IMG/VR virus record: IMGVR_UViG_3300050821_001592
Coordinates: 1-64,000 of that record
DNA length: 64,000 bases
Reading direction: 5' to 3' (one strand)
From: a virus
This document shows positions 37,665 through 47,510 of this stretch, in pieces. The position numbers were made by a program, and so were the translations under genes. Positions within the stretch are counted from its first letter, which is position 1, and every line of letters starts with the position of its first letter. The notes under the pieces are model-generated. The model had not been told where the DNA came from. It was given only the letters and a program-made list of their open reading frames with translations, and searched no databases.

Positions 37665-38351
37665 CTAGGTCTCCAAGGGCACAAAGACCAGAGTCACGTT
37701 CGTACCCGCGATAGAGACGCTAGACGGATTCAGAACGGTGACGTAAATCGTGGTAGTCTGTGGGGAAGCTTGGTTCGCTCCACATATATTTTGACTATAC
37801 CAGATAAACGGACTCGTGTCAAGTATTACGTCGATAATTATGTTTTGCCCGACTTCGGCAGGAACGGGTGCGTCTGGAGAGCGTGATGCGTCGAGGGCCT
37901 GTGCGGATACACTACCGTACAAGCGAACGTTGCACGGGTTGTTCGACGCGATGGATAAGAGCTGAAACGACTGCGACATCGGCACTGATAGCCGAATGAG
38001 CGAGTTGCTCGCTAAAAATGGTACAGACAGGGTGACCGTCTTAGGATTAATGACCGCCGGGGTGGAACTACTTGAACCGGAGGTTCCCGAACTCGTTGAC
38101 CCGCCACTCGTTGTAGATATAACACTGCCCTGAAGTGGCGGAAGCGGCAACATTCGGAATTGTGGGTTTTGTCCTCCGCTCTCATTCTGACGAATTAAGT
38201 CCGCATCGGCATTCGTTGGAGGCAACGGCGTCCGCATCCGAGGGCTGGAGCGGACGGGCGTTGTCGATTCTGCTGCTGGGGAGCTGTCGAGCGGCGTGTA
38301 TCCTTCAGGCCAGCCGTTCGACAAGTCTATGAGATTGTCCTTGCGTGGCAT
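37665..38351 (-). CDS. Tail structural protein
   Basis: VRLYGS...DASRS motif; position in the module. Confidence 0.7.
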   Translation of the reverse strand: MPRKDNLIDLSNGWPEGYTPLDSSPAAESTTPVRSSPRMRTPLPPTNADADLIRQNESGGQNPQFRMLPLPPLQGSVISTTSGGSTSSGTSGSSSSTPAVINPKTVTLSVPFLASNSLIRLSVPMSQSFQLLSIASNNPCNVRLYGSVSAQALDASRSPDAPVPAEVGQNIIIDVILDTSPFIWYSQNICGANQASPQTTTIYVTVLNPSSVSIAGTNVTLVFVPLET

Positions 38352-38358
38352 AAGTCTC

Positions 38359-41300
38359 CTAGGACATCTGTGCGAACGAGCCGTAAATGGTAAAACTTTG
38401 CAACTCGTTAAGAGCGGCTTCGGCGGGCCACTGAACCATCACTTGCATGTGTCGGCACAATGCTGCCGTATCGCCATTCCCGGCTTCAGACATATAAAAC
38501 CGTTGACCCAGAATAGACGACGATTCGGGCAACGTGGGCGGGTCGGAAACCCAATCCTTGATGATATCGAAGCTACCTTGATAATACGGGAGGGCTTCAT
38601 CGAATATAACCCCGATGATACACGGAGAGCCCACGTTTACTTGGTCGGTCGTAATGAAACTAATAGCAGCGACCTGTCCGGGTTGTGCTACGACATAAGA
38701 CCCAAAAACTCCGAACGCCGGATAGGTCGTACCGTTGACCAAGAATCCGCCGTTGTAATCCCCAGAGCCCCCGTCAGTGGAAGCATCCAAATCGCGAAAT
38801 AGGATTGTTCCGAAGCCTTCAGTACCACCACCTAGTGCGGGACCGATTAGCAACCTATGGTCACCCGGTGCTACTTCAATAGCACCGATAGCGCCACAAC
38901 CTTGACCTGAGTACCCGTAGTTAGTAACCGGGTTTATGCTTGCAAAAGGACTCCAACACCCTCCTTCTAGACCTTCGGGCGCGGGCGTCTGGATTAGTCG
39001 AAACCATCCATGGAGGCCGTCTGCTAAGAACCACCCCATATCTTCGCCGTTGACATACCACGCGACATAGCTCGTCGCAGGATTCCAATCGGTGCCTGCT
39101 AACCCGGTTTGGAGACGGAGTAGGTTAGCAATAGGATGACCTTCGTGGTCCACCCCATGTTGCGGTGTGAATATTACAAACTGGTGGTCAGTAGTGAACA
39201 TCCCGATTTGTGTTCCATTGGTGGACAGTGCGTTATAGCTGCTGAGACCGAGACCCGGAACGTAAGTCTGAACATTTTGAATAGCCCCACCTTGCGTCGG
39301 CACAATATCCACGTCGGACAGCGTGAACGTCAAAATACCGATGGAGCTGGGGACTATGCGAGTGATGCGCGAGAGCGTAGAACTATTATTCCCCGGAGCG
39401 CCCCCGTTGATGCCATTACCCGACGGGTCCTGAGGACCTGACGTGTAAAATATTGTGTTCCCCACACTGTACCAGATACGATTAAGCGCGTATGCGAGGT
39501 TAATCGCACCTGCTCGTGGGGGCGTATTCTGTTGGGCTGTTGCTCCCGAGACAAGTAAGTCTAACCCGGTGTCGGGGGTGTTGTCGACGTATCCGTTGGT
39601 GAGATACTGCACCAATGGAACTGTGTAATTGGTATTCCCTCCCGACGGGATGAGAAGCTCAATAGAGCCCCCATCTGTCGTACGATAAATCGCGACATAA
39701 TCCGATTGGGGGTCAATGTTATTTAGGTTCAGCCCTTCACCCGGAGCAAATACAATCTCACCGTTCTTGACTTGAATGCCGATACCATTGACCGCATTCG
39801 TAGGCGACATATTAGAAACCGTGTTATCCAGTGTGTTAACCACAGCGATTCCATATATAAACCCCTGCGGGGTCGTAGCAGTAATCTTACCCGGAGTGTT
39901 AGTCGGGGTGGTGGAACTCCCCGTGTTAATCCAGAACAACTGCCCGACTGTTCCATCTTGAGTTGTGACGTTGCCTACATTTGGAGCTGCCGCGAAAATA
40001 GCTGTGGGTATAGTCGAACCCGAGATGCCCGTTCCATACGGTAGGAAGGTACTAGTGTTGACTACAATCCCCGAACCGGGCAGTGTATACAGGGTGTTCG
40101 GCACGGCTACGAAATTACTCTTCGAGCCAAGATTCATCCATACGTAAAGTCCCCCTTGAAGAACTTCCGACGTCAATCCGCCGAATTGAATACCGTACGA
40201 GTATGGAGCTGTCGTTTGCTCTATGACATACGGAAAGGTGTTATACGCCGCGCCTGTAACCGTGAAATTGTTGAATACTGGCTGAGTATGCCACGATAGG
40301 TCTTGGCCTACGGCGAGATTTTGTCCAATGACCGTAGTGCCTGATACGAAGGGTGCCGTTTGGGAGATGACCATAACGCCTTGGTCTTCCCAATTTACCC
40401 AATCTGCTTCTAGGACATACACCCCTGAGTTAGGAAATGTAAAGGCCCCTGTTTCCGTCAAAACGCCCGACGCTGGGGGCGAACCTTCACCGCCGTTGCG
40501 AACACTGTTGTTATTTCCAACGAGCTGAGCTATCGGAATGTTATACGCCGTCGAACCCGTCGTTGAGGATGCATTTACGGGGGGCCCTCCCGAAGCCGAA
40601 GCCTGAGAAAACCCAAAGAACGCACCATCGTCGTGCATGATGGAGAAAACGTACGGAGAACCGATGGTTGGGATGTAAACGTTGGCGACAATCGCCCCGC
40701 CCTGTCCGGGGCTAGTTTGACCGGAGTCGACTGCCGAGCCCAAGAAACCTGCACCATCCATGTTGTAGAAGAATATGTCGCCGCCCGAAGCAGAGGGCCA
40801 TGCCCCGAACGCACCCGTGGGTTGAGTTGCACCCGAACCTGTCTGCATCCATAAACTCGGGGGCTCTGCACCAGCCGCGAAAGTAAAGTCGGGCGCATGG
40901 TTCGGTTCGAGGGGATAGAACCCCTTGAATGTCCCTTGATTCATGGTCGTGGAATTAAATCCGAAAAACGTCACGGGTGTAACAGGTGTCGTAAAGTTCG
41001 ATTGAATGGCGGGCTGGCCTGCACTGCGGCTTGGCGGAAGGCTATGAATGAAAGGCTGCACACCTTTTACAAGCTGTTGCCACTGGCTGTTGGCCAATAC
41101 GAAATCATCCTCGTAGAAATGTTGAGCCCCAACCCAAGCGTTACAACCCGGAACTCCGTTAGCCGTTGCGGGTGGTTGTATGCACAACCACACTTCCGTC
41201 CCTGAAGAAAAATAAGACGCGAGCGTCGTGACCGCTGCGACACTCTTCGTTATGAGACCGTAACCCGCGTCTGCGATAATCCCAGCGGAAGATGCGAGAC

Positions 41301-42942
41301 CTATTGTAGATGACGCGGTCGCAGTCACCGTATATCGAGAACCCGTTGCAGCATTGTAAGACCCGTGGTCTGAAACCGAAACTACTGTGAATAACAGGCC
41401 GTTGCATGCAGTAGCATTAACAGGTGACTGCACTCGAAGACGATTGACAATAAACGTATCGCCCGCCACGAGCGCCCGATGTCCCGTTAGGTCTTCGGTG
41501 CTGAAAGTCACAGAAGCTAGCCCGCCTACAATACCGTTAAGGGTGACCGCGTAGAGGTCGAACTTCGGCGCGGGTGTAGGGGTGGCCGGAAAAGAAGCCG
41601 TTGAAAACCCAGAGCCTGTTGTTCCGGCTTTGAATATCTGCCACAAATATCCGGCATTGTCCTGAACAATACTCGCGGGAGAGTAATACGTGTTAGGAGA
41701 CCAACTACCTGCGGACGCACCTGTGGAAGAGACCACGAGCGCCTCATCGGGGGCAGCAATCCCCCAATTCTCAACTGTTGACCCCCTGTTGACCCATAAA
41801 GCCTGTCCGTCGAGAGTGATACTTCCCCCGAAGTTATTCGCAGCCGAAGGGACCGTCGACCCGAATGTGGGCTTAGTCGGCCCAAGAAGGACGTACTGGC
41901 TGGGTTGGATAGACGGCACACTCCCGCCGTTGAGGATTTGTAAAAACGCAGTGTCGGGGTTCGTAATAGCTGTCGGGGGGATGTCCGCGTGGTCGACATT
42001 CGCTGTGACAGTCGTGCTATCCCACGTATCTGTTATAGTGATTTCCAGACCTTGCAGAGCTGCGAGAGTACCCCCTTTACCGAATTGACTCGCGCCAGCG
42101 GCGTTGTCTGTGCTCCAAATGAAAAATTGCGTACCGATAGGTGGTGCCGGAACCGAACCCGTAGCATCTCCGGTATTGAACGGAGCGGAACTCATCGTCA
42201 GAGTGAGAACGTTGTTAGAAATCTTCGCCGACGTAATATAAACATTACTCACCGTGGGTGAAGCTACGGTCTGGTCGGAACTCTGGACAATCGCACCAAT
42301 GAGCTGCTGGATATCTCCGTTACCGTCTATGAGGTATGTCGTCATAAACGGGTAGGTATTCAATGGAAGAAGGTTGGGGCTGGTCGGGGTTGTGGGCCAT
42401 TGAAACAAAGTCTGCAACCACTTCTTATTATCGACCCCATTACCGAAATAGAATTCATTGCCTACTTGGACGCCGTAAGTCTGGCCTGCGGACATGCTCG
42501 CGCTTTGCCACACAAGCTGTTTTGCTAACGCAGAGCTGAGAGCGGACAGGGATGCAGGCGTGTTGGAATACGCCGTCGATTCGGGGCCCTCGCTCACCAT
42601 CGTGAATATGGCCTCGGTGCTTTGGCCAAATGAATCGCTCAAGGCCTTACTAACTCGAAATCGGTCAAAAGATAGCACATTCTGCCATTCATTAACCGTG
42701 TCGTATTCGGGATTTCCGGGGCGACGACCGAGGGTGAGTTTATTAGTAATCTCGACATTCAAACCATCAATCAGAGCGTCCCCAGCAGGGCCGTAGAATT
42801 TTTCAACCGTGCGGGTAGACTTGGCATCTCGCAAGGGAGAACGGTTGGTATTAATGCCCGAAAACATACGCCCTACATAGATAGGCGCAGCTTTCGTTTG
42901 TTTACCCGGATTTGCGCCGTTTGACTGGAGGACGTTTGACAT
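38359..42942 (-). CDS. Tail nozzle / stabilization protein with inserted domains, including a PA14-like one
   Basis: 1527 aa; IYRTTDGG, NRIWYSVGN, C-terminal RHMQV; YVFSIMHDDGA. Confidence 0.7.
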   Translation of the reverse strand: MSNVLQSNGANPGKQTKAAPIYVGRMFSGINTNRSPLRDAKSTRTVEKFYGPAGDALIDGLNVEITNKLTLGRRPGNPEYDTVNEWQNVLSFDRFRVSKALSDSFGQSTEAIFTMVSEGPESTAYSNTPASLSALSSALAKQLVWQSASMSAGQTYGVQVGNEFYFGNGVDNKKWLQTLFQWPTTPTSPNLLPLNTYPFMTTYLIDGNGDIQQLIGAIVQSSDQTVASPTVSNVYITSAKISNNVLTLTMSSAPFNTGDATGSVPAPPIGTQFFIWSTDNAAGASQFGKGGTLAALQGLEITITDTWDSTTVTANVDHADIPPTAITNPDTAFLQILNGGSVPSIQPSQYVLLGPTKPTFGSTVPSAANNFGGSITLDGQALWVNRGSTVENWGIAAPDEALVVSSTGASAGSWSPNTYYSPASIVQDNAGYLWQIFKAGTTGSGFSTASFPATPTPAPKFDLYAVTLNGIVGGLASVTFSTEDLTGHRALVAGDTFIVNRLRVQSPVNATACNGLLFTVVSVSDHGSYNAATGSRYTVTATASSTIGLASSAGIIADAGYGLITKSVAAVTTLASYFSSGTEVWLCIQPPATANGVPGCNAWVGAQHFYEDDFVLANSQWQQLVKGVQPFIHSLPPSRSAGQPAIQSNFTTPVTPVTFFGFNSTTMNQGTFKGFYPLEPNHAPDFTFAAGAEPPSLWMQTGSGATQPTGAFGAWPSASGGDIFFYNMDGAGFLGSAVDSGQTSPGQGGAIVANVYIPTIGSPYVFSIMHDDGAFFGFSQASASGGPPVNASSTTGSTAYNIPIAQLVGNNNSVRNGGEGSPPASGVLTETGAFTFPNSGVYVLEADWVNWEDQGVMVISQTAPFVSGTTVIGQNLAVGQDLSWHTQPVFNNFTVTGAAYNTFPYVIEQTTAPYSYGIQFGGLTSEVLQGGLYVWMNLGSKSNFVAVPNTLYTLPGSGIVVNTSTFLPYGTGISGSTIPTAIFAAAPNVGNVTTQDGTVGQLFWINTGSSTTPTNTPGKITATTPQGFIYGIAVVNTLDNTVSNMSPTNAVNGIGIQVKNGEIVFAPGEGLNLNNIDPQSDYVAIYRTTDGGSIELLIPSGGNTNYTVPLVQYLTNGYVDNTPDTGLDLLVSGATAQQNTPPRAGAINLAYALNRIWYSVGNTIFYTSGPQDPSGNGINGGAPGNNSSTLSRITRIVPSSIGILTFTLSDVDIVPTQGGAIQNVQTYVPGLGLSSYNALSTNGTQIGMFTTDHQFVIFTPQHGVDHEGHPIANLLRLQTGLAGTDWNPATSYVAWYVNGEDMGWFLADGLHGWFRLIQTPAPEGLEGGCWSPFASINPVTNYGYSGQGCGAIGAIEVAPGDHRLLIGPALGGGTEGFGTILFRDLDASTDGGSGDYNGGFLVNGTTYPAFGVFGSYVVAQPGQVAAISFITTDQVNVGSPCIIGVIFDEALPYYQGSFDIIKDWVSDPPTLPESSSILGQRFYMSEAGNGDTAALCRHMQVMVQWPAEAALNELQSFTIYGSFAQMS

Positions 42943-42951
42943 AGGACCTTT

Positions 42952-44118
42952 CTACCCGATGATGATTTGTGCGATAGAGAAAATATCACTGCCGATGGGT
43001 GACATCAAAGATGTAGCACTAGCATCCGACGAGTGATTCCCTGAGAGGAATCCTGTAATCCCGCCATAAGCTTGCCATACGTTCCCGCCTGCATTTGATG
43101 TCGTGAAATATGCATTACCTGCGGAGGATGACGGGTCGATATATACCGCGATATAGTAATCATGGGCAGTATCGATTGTGATTGCCGCCGGGTTACTGAG
43201 GTAAAGCGTGCCCGCGCTAGAAAAAGACCCACCGGGCCACGTCAACGGAACCGGGGAGGTCGTCCATACGGATGACCCCGGCAGGGTGGCTCCGATACTC
43301 GCGGCATTAACAATAAACGGCAGGGTCGCCGTGGTGAGAAGGCCTACTTGGACGCTCGGTCCTACACCCACGATGTACGTCGCGGGGATTTTAAATACTA
43401 ACGTAAACCCATTCAATCCCGCGCTCACCGTTGTGGGGTTTAGAATCGGCATCGTCACTACGTTACTGCCTGCGGGGCTTCCTGAACCTGAAGCTGAGAT
43501 TAAAATCTCCCCCGCTGAGGGGTTCGTAATAGCTATGCCCGTGCCTGCAACAAAGTTTATAGGATTGGTAGAAGTTATCGGAGTTCCACCGACCTCGACA
43601 TTGAGAACAGATGTTGATGCCCACTCTAGTTCCCCGTTCCCTAAATCAGTTATGGTAATGCCCGCGCCTGCGGTGAAATTCGCGATAATCTGACTTTCGG
43701 CTGGGGTGCTGTTAACTTCTAGCAATAGTGGCTGGGTAGCAGGAAACCACGATATGACTGTATTCGGAAGCCATGCATCCAGATTAAAAGTCGCGCCGGA
43801 ACCGACTTGCTGGTTGTTGGGCCCAAAAGCTCTCTGGCCTTGCGAAGTAAACCCCGTAACGCGATAGAAATTATTCTGGGGGGACATCGCGAGATTGGAC
43901 CAAACGAATTGATTCGCAGCAGCGGGGGTGGATATCGAAGACGCAACATTGCCCTGAGAGTCGAGTTGAATGATGATGTCAATGCCGGAACAAATCGTTC
44001 CCACGCTCGGGACCAAACAATCCTGACTTAAATGAAACCTGAGAGTTCCGTTCGCTAGAGGCGACCCGGTGGGGGTTTGGAAAGAGCCTCCAAGTAGCTG
44101 TGTCTTCGTTGCGGGCAT
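42952..44118 (-). CDS. Tail fibre / spike-associated protein
   Basis: GSPLANGTL adapter motif; NFTAGAGITIT and NFVAGTGIAIT repeats. Confidence 0.7.
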   Translation of the reverse strand: MPATKTQLLGGSFQTPTGSPLANGTLRFHLSQDCLVPSVGTICSGIDIIIQLDSQGNVASSISTPAAANQFVWSNLAMSPQNNFYRVTGFTSQGQRAFGPNNQQVGSGATFNLDAWLPNTVISWFPATQPLLLEVNSTPAESQIIANFTAGAGITITDLGNGELEWASTSVLNVEVGGTPITSTNPINFVAGTGIAITNPSAGEILISASGSGSPAGSNVVTMPILNPTTVSAGLNGFTLVFKIPATYIVGVGPSVQVGLLTTATLPFIVNAASIGATLPGSSVWTTSPVPLTWPGGSFSSAGTLYLSNPAAITIDTAHDYYIAVYIDPSSSAGNAYFTTSNAGGNVWQAYGGITGFLSGNHSSDASATSLMSPIGSDIFSIAQIIIG

Positions 44119-44126
44119 TCTATCTC

Positions 44127-44417
44127 CTACGGGGTGAGGCTGAAGGTGGGGGCGTCCGGTACGACGACGACTCCGCGCCACACTTTCTGGCCTTTAGCGG
44201 AGTACGCGCTCATGTGATATGTCACGGGCCCCCAAAGGGTGGGACCTCCTGTGACGCTTCCGCTCGCATCCAAATTTAAGGTGCTTTGTAATCCCGCGCA
44301 AAGCTGTACTCCGATGTTAACGTCTTGCGACAATTCAACGATGACTGTACCGAGTGCGAGCGGATTGCCGAGACTATCCTGAAAACTTCCACCCGAGATT
44401 ACCGCTTCCTGACTCAT
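44127..44417 (-). CDS. Small paralogue of the N-terminal domain of 42952-44118
   Basis: GGSFQDSLGNPLALGT...LSQD versus GGSFQTPTGSPLANGT...LSQD. Confidence 0.75.
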   Translation of the reverse strand: MSQEAVISGGSFQDSLGNPLALGTVIVELSQDVNIGVQLCAGLQSTLNLDASGSVTGGPTLWGPVTYHMSAYSAKGQKVWRGVVVVPDAPTFSLTP

Positions 44418-44418
44418 G

Positions 44419-45408
44419 TTACACCGTCCGCGATTGCATGCCCTGCTGTTTCTTCATCATCTGAGCATTGGTAAGTAAATCCCAATTGTTGAGGAATATG
44501 TTACGGTCTTCGTCATCAATGCCCGATTGACGGGCTAACACAGCGGCCTTGAATTGAGAGTTATACATCGGGGCTCTCGGGTCGTCATTAAACGCTAACA
44601 TCCAGCCGAGGAAGCCAAGGCTATAGACGTTTTCAAGATAGTCCGGTAACGGGGCCCACGTCTGGTTAATGCTTGTGATGAGCGGCGGGGTGAGCTGGGT
44701 GTGAATACTCACGGGGTAGTTTTTATTGGGTGAAGGCATGACGCGGAAAGTCATGTTGCCATTTGCGTCTTCGGATTCGGGGCTGATGAATGCCGACCGA
44801 CCTTGTGTGGTATTCAGTGCAAGATTGTCTTTTACTGTCAACTCAACCCAATTCGGATTCGTATTTGTAATATCAAAAACCGAAGCGTGTTCGATATGTG
44901 AAAACCATCCGGTGGTTGCTCCCCCCGATGCGTTATACCCTGCGGGCGGGGCCACGACATAGTCTTGAGTCGTTGTCGCCGTGAATGTGCCTGTCGTATC
45001 GGTACCATCTGGTAAATTGACGAGCGCCGTAAAACCAGTGTAATTCGGAAAGGTTCCGATTACGCTCTGGACAGATACGAGAAATCCGTTGAGCTTTGTA
45101 ATAGTGCCGAATGCTGAACCCGTGAGAGGCATACCAACGCCAAAGCTATTGGCGGCGGTTACGGTCATCAGTCCGCCTGCAATGGTTACTGCGGTAGTAG
45201 AGGCAGAAGGCGCAACGGTCGACTCGTTGAATGTAATCTCCAGAGTGTTCCACCACCACACGAACGGGGGGCCGAGTATGGTTTGAATAACAATGTTGGC
45301 AGACGTCAAGGCGGGCTCCAACGAATTCCCGATAACCGGGTTATGGTTGAAACACAACCTCTTAGCCCAATTAACTGTATCGCCTATCTTACGGGTTGAC
45401 GCTGCCAT
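44419..45408 (-). CDS. Head-tail adaptor paralogue 2
   Basis: QDY, FRVMPSP, WAPLPD motifs. Confidence 0.7.
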   Translation of the reverse strand: MAASTRKIGDTVNWAKRLCFNHNPVIGNSLEPALTSANIVIQTILGPPFVWWWNTLEITFNESTVAPSASTTAVTIAGGLMTVTAANSFGVGMPLTGSAFGTITKLNGFLVSVQSVIGTFPNYTGFTALVNLPDGTDTTGTFTATTTQDYVVAPPAGYNASGGATTGWFSHIEHASVFDITNTNPNWVELTVKDNLALNTTQGRSAFISPESEDANGNMTFRVMPSPNKNYPVSIHTQLTPPLITSINQTWAPLPDYLENVYSLGFLGWMLAFNDDPRAPMYNSQFKAAVLARQSGIDDEDRNIFLNNWDLLTNAQMMKKQQGMQSRTV

Positions 45409-45418
45409 GATGGGTCCT

Positions 45419-45847
45419 TTAGACTGCTCGCAATTTACGAATTACATCAAACACAAAAAGAAACGGAGAGAATGCACCGAGCCATTCACCTAACATCAAC
45501 AAAAAGTCGCCGATGGAATAAATCGCATTCTTCATGTCAAAAATGTCTGCGAGTAGGTTGAGATGGGTCTGGCTCGTCATAACACAATGAGTGTCGTCGA
45601 TGAACCCCTCGGATTCGAGAGCCTGCAAATCGAACGTAGCTTGAATGACGATGTCGAGGTCTTCACTCGTGTCTGCCGTCTTTTCTAATCCTAAGCGGTA
45701 CTGCGCTACTTTATAGGTGTTCCACATTACCGGGAATCGGTCGTTGTTCGCGTAAAGTACGGCTTGGTTAGAGGCTGCGCCTACCAGAGTGAGCACGATT
45801 GGTATAGCAAGGATGTAAAGAGAGGTCTTCCTGAGGGATTTGAACAT
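45419..45847 (-). CDS. DUF5317-like membrane protein
   Basis: GAASNQAVLYANNDRFPV...H...LNLLADIF...YSIGDFLL; GGAG RBS. Confidence 0.75.
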   Translation of the reverse strand: MFKSLRKTSLYILAIPIVLTLVGAASNQAVLYANNDRFPVMWNTYKVAQYRLGLEKTADTSEDLDIVIQATFDLQALESEGFIDDTHCVMTSQTHLNLLADIFDMKNAIYSIGDFLLMLGEWLGAFSPFLFVFDVIRKLRAV

Positions 45848-45852
45848 CGGGT

Positions 45853-45935
45853 CTCCGACAGAGCATCCTTTTTTATAGCGTGCCTGCGAACGCAGCCCTC
45901 TGTTCACGCTGTAGAGGGGGCCGAAGCCCCCGCTA
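45853..45935 (-). promoter_or_regulatory. cUUCGg hairpin plus H-type pseudoknot next to the DUF5317 RBS
   Basis: GGGGGC-TTCG-GCCCCC; AGCGTG/CACGCT crossed by ACAGAG/CTCTGT. Confidence 0.55.
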
Positions 45936-45937
45936 GT

Positions 45938-46111
45938 TTACTTGACTGCGGTGCCTACGCACATGCAGAGATAAGGACCACCATCGCCACCGAAATAGCA
46001 TTCCAGAACGGATGGAGGGGTACATTTGGGTTTCTCGTACGCATACACCCGAGCGGCGAACACGGTTGCCAAAGCGAACAAGGCCACTGCAAAGGCCAAT
46101 TTCTTCTTCAT
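45938..46111 (-). CDS. Secreted Cys-rich peptide precursor (57 aa, not in ORF track)
   Basis: AGGAG RBS; MKKKLAFAVALFALATVFAARVYA then YEKPKCTPPSVLECYFGGDGGPYLCMCVGTAVK. Confidence 0.85.
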   Translation of the reverse strand: MKKKLAFAVALFALATVFAARVYAYEKPKCTPPSVLECYFGGDGGPYLCMCVGTAVK

Positions 46112-46146
46112 TAAGTCTCCTAGGTCATACTTTTTCCACTCTTGCG

Positions 46147-46175
46147 ATTATAGCACAATCGAAAGAGTATGTCAA
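46147..46175 (-). promoter_or_regulatory. Perfect consensus sigma70 promoter
   Basis: TTGACA-17 bp-TATAAT with extended TG. Confidence 0.9.
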
Positions 46176-46178
46176 GGG

Positions 46179-47492
46179 TTAATAAGACCCCCACTGCCCG
46201 TAAGGCCATTGAGGGCTGATTCCACTACCGTAGTTGAGGCCCGTATCCATGACTCCGGCTTCGCTCGGAACAAATCCAAAAGCATCGTCTTCGCGACTTC
46301 CTTGACTGACCGAGAGATTCAACGACTCCATCCACAGTTTTTTCGCCATTTCAAACTTCGCTCGGACCTTGGGGTCGGGCGATGCGGCGTAGCAATATGC
46401 AAAGAACCCCTGCTTGAAGTAGCGATAAAAATCATCGGGAATAGGGTCGAGCGTTTGATTGATATTAGTAAATTGCGCGATTCGGGCTTGTCCGATAGGT
46501 GCAATCTGCCATACAGGTCCCGTTTGAGAAGGCATCGGAGAGATACGGAAACCTTGGCCCTTAGGCCAGACGGCTGTCCACTGAACCGTACCGTCCATTA
46601 CTGTAGTGGCTACCGTATTTTGGGACGCGAGGGTCGGATAGACGGGAGAGATAGAAAACGTGCCGACGGTGTCCGTTCCATTCGGAAGATTGACGGTTGC
46701 AGTAAACCCGGTTGGGCTCGCGGTCAGAATCGTTATGGGTAGCCCGTTCAAGTCCGTCAAGGTCGTAAAACCACTGCCAATTACAACGGTGCCTGTTTTC
46801 AAGCCATTAGGAGCTGCGACAGTGAGTGTCCCGCCTGAAATTACGACGGACGTAGCTATGGGCGCGAAGGGGTTGAAGACGCCGCAAGTGCCATACCCCC
46901 CGTTCGGGTTGAAAGTGGTTGAGGGTGTGATAATCCAAAAATTGCCTGCTTGGTCTTGAACTTGAGTGATGTTATTGGTAGGCGTGGCGGTAAGCCCGAG
47001 GGGGTTAGTATAAACAACGCCAGCGGAGGGGTTGCCGAGGCCGGAAAAACTCTGGATAGTGCTCTGGCCCCACGTACCATAAGTAAGGGTGTCGTTTTCC
47101 ATCCAGCAGATTTGCGCGTATCGCGAACCTTGTCCGTTTACGCCAGTCAGCAGTAAGTCCCGCTTTACTTCAATCACAGCCGTAGGTTTAGGTACCACAG
47201 TTGAAGAAGTGTTGTACGCGAGACAAGACTCTAGCCAACCGAGATTGGTCAAAGAGCTGGCATAGTCTTGCTGCCAAGAGTTGACGAAGAATTGGGGTAC
47301 AAGGATTCGGTTGAATTTGAAATTAAAACGAGAGCCGCGAGCAGAACCCAGAAGCATGTCCGTCATCACGTCGTTAGTTATGCTGAGGGCCAGTGTTTCG
47401 TAATATCCACCTGTGGGCAGAACGGGGGCTAGGTCCCCCATCGTACGGGCTTGGTCCACAAGATTTTGGACTGTGTAGGAACTGTTTGCCAT
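46179..47492 (-). CDS. Head-tail adaptor paralogue 1
   Basis: AAGGAG RBS; QQDY, FRISPMP, LDPIPDD. Confidence 0.7.
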   Translation of the reverse strand: MANSSYTVQNLVDQARTMGDLAPVLPTGGYYETLALSITNDVMTDMLLGSARGSRFNFKFNRILVPQFFVNSWQQDYASSLTNLGWLESCLAYNTSSTVVPKPTAVIEVKRDLLLTGVNGQGSRYAQICWMENDTLTYGTWGQSTIQSFSGLGNPSAGVVYTNPLGLTATPTNNITQVQDQAGNFWIITPSTTFNPNGGYGTCGVFNPFAPIATSVVISGGTLTVAAPNGLKTGTVVIGSGFTTLTDLNGLPITILTASPTGFTATVNLPNGTDTVGTFSISPVYPTLASQNTVATTVMDGTVQWTAVWPKGQGFRISPMPSQTGPVWQIAPIGQARIAQFTNINQTLDPIPDDFYRYFKQGFFAYCYAASPDPKVRAKFEMAKKLWMESLNLSVSQGSREDDAFGFVPSEAGVMDTGLNYGSGISPQWPYGQWGSY

Positions 47493-47510
47493 GACACTCC
47501 TTGAAATACT

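Noticed and set aside
46026-46742. 238-aa + strand ORF across the moron boundary
   Set aside because: Antisense to the adaptor, promoter and peptide gene, which are much better supported
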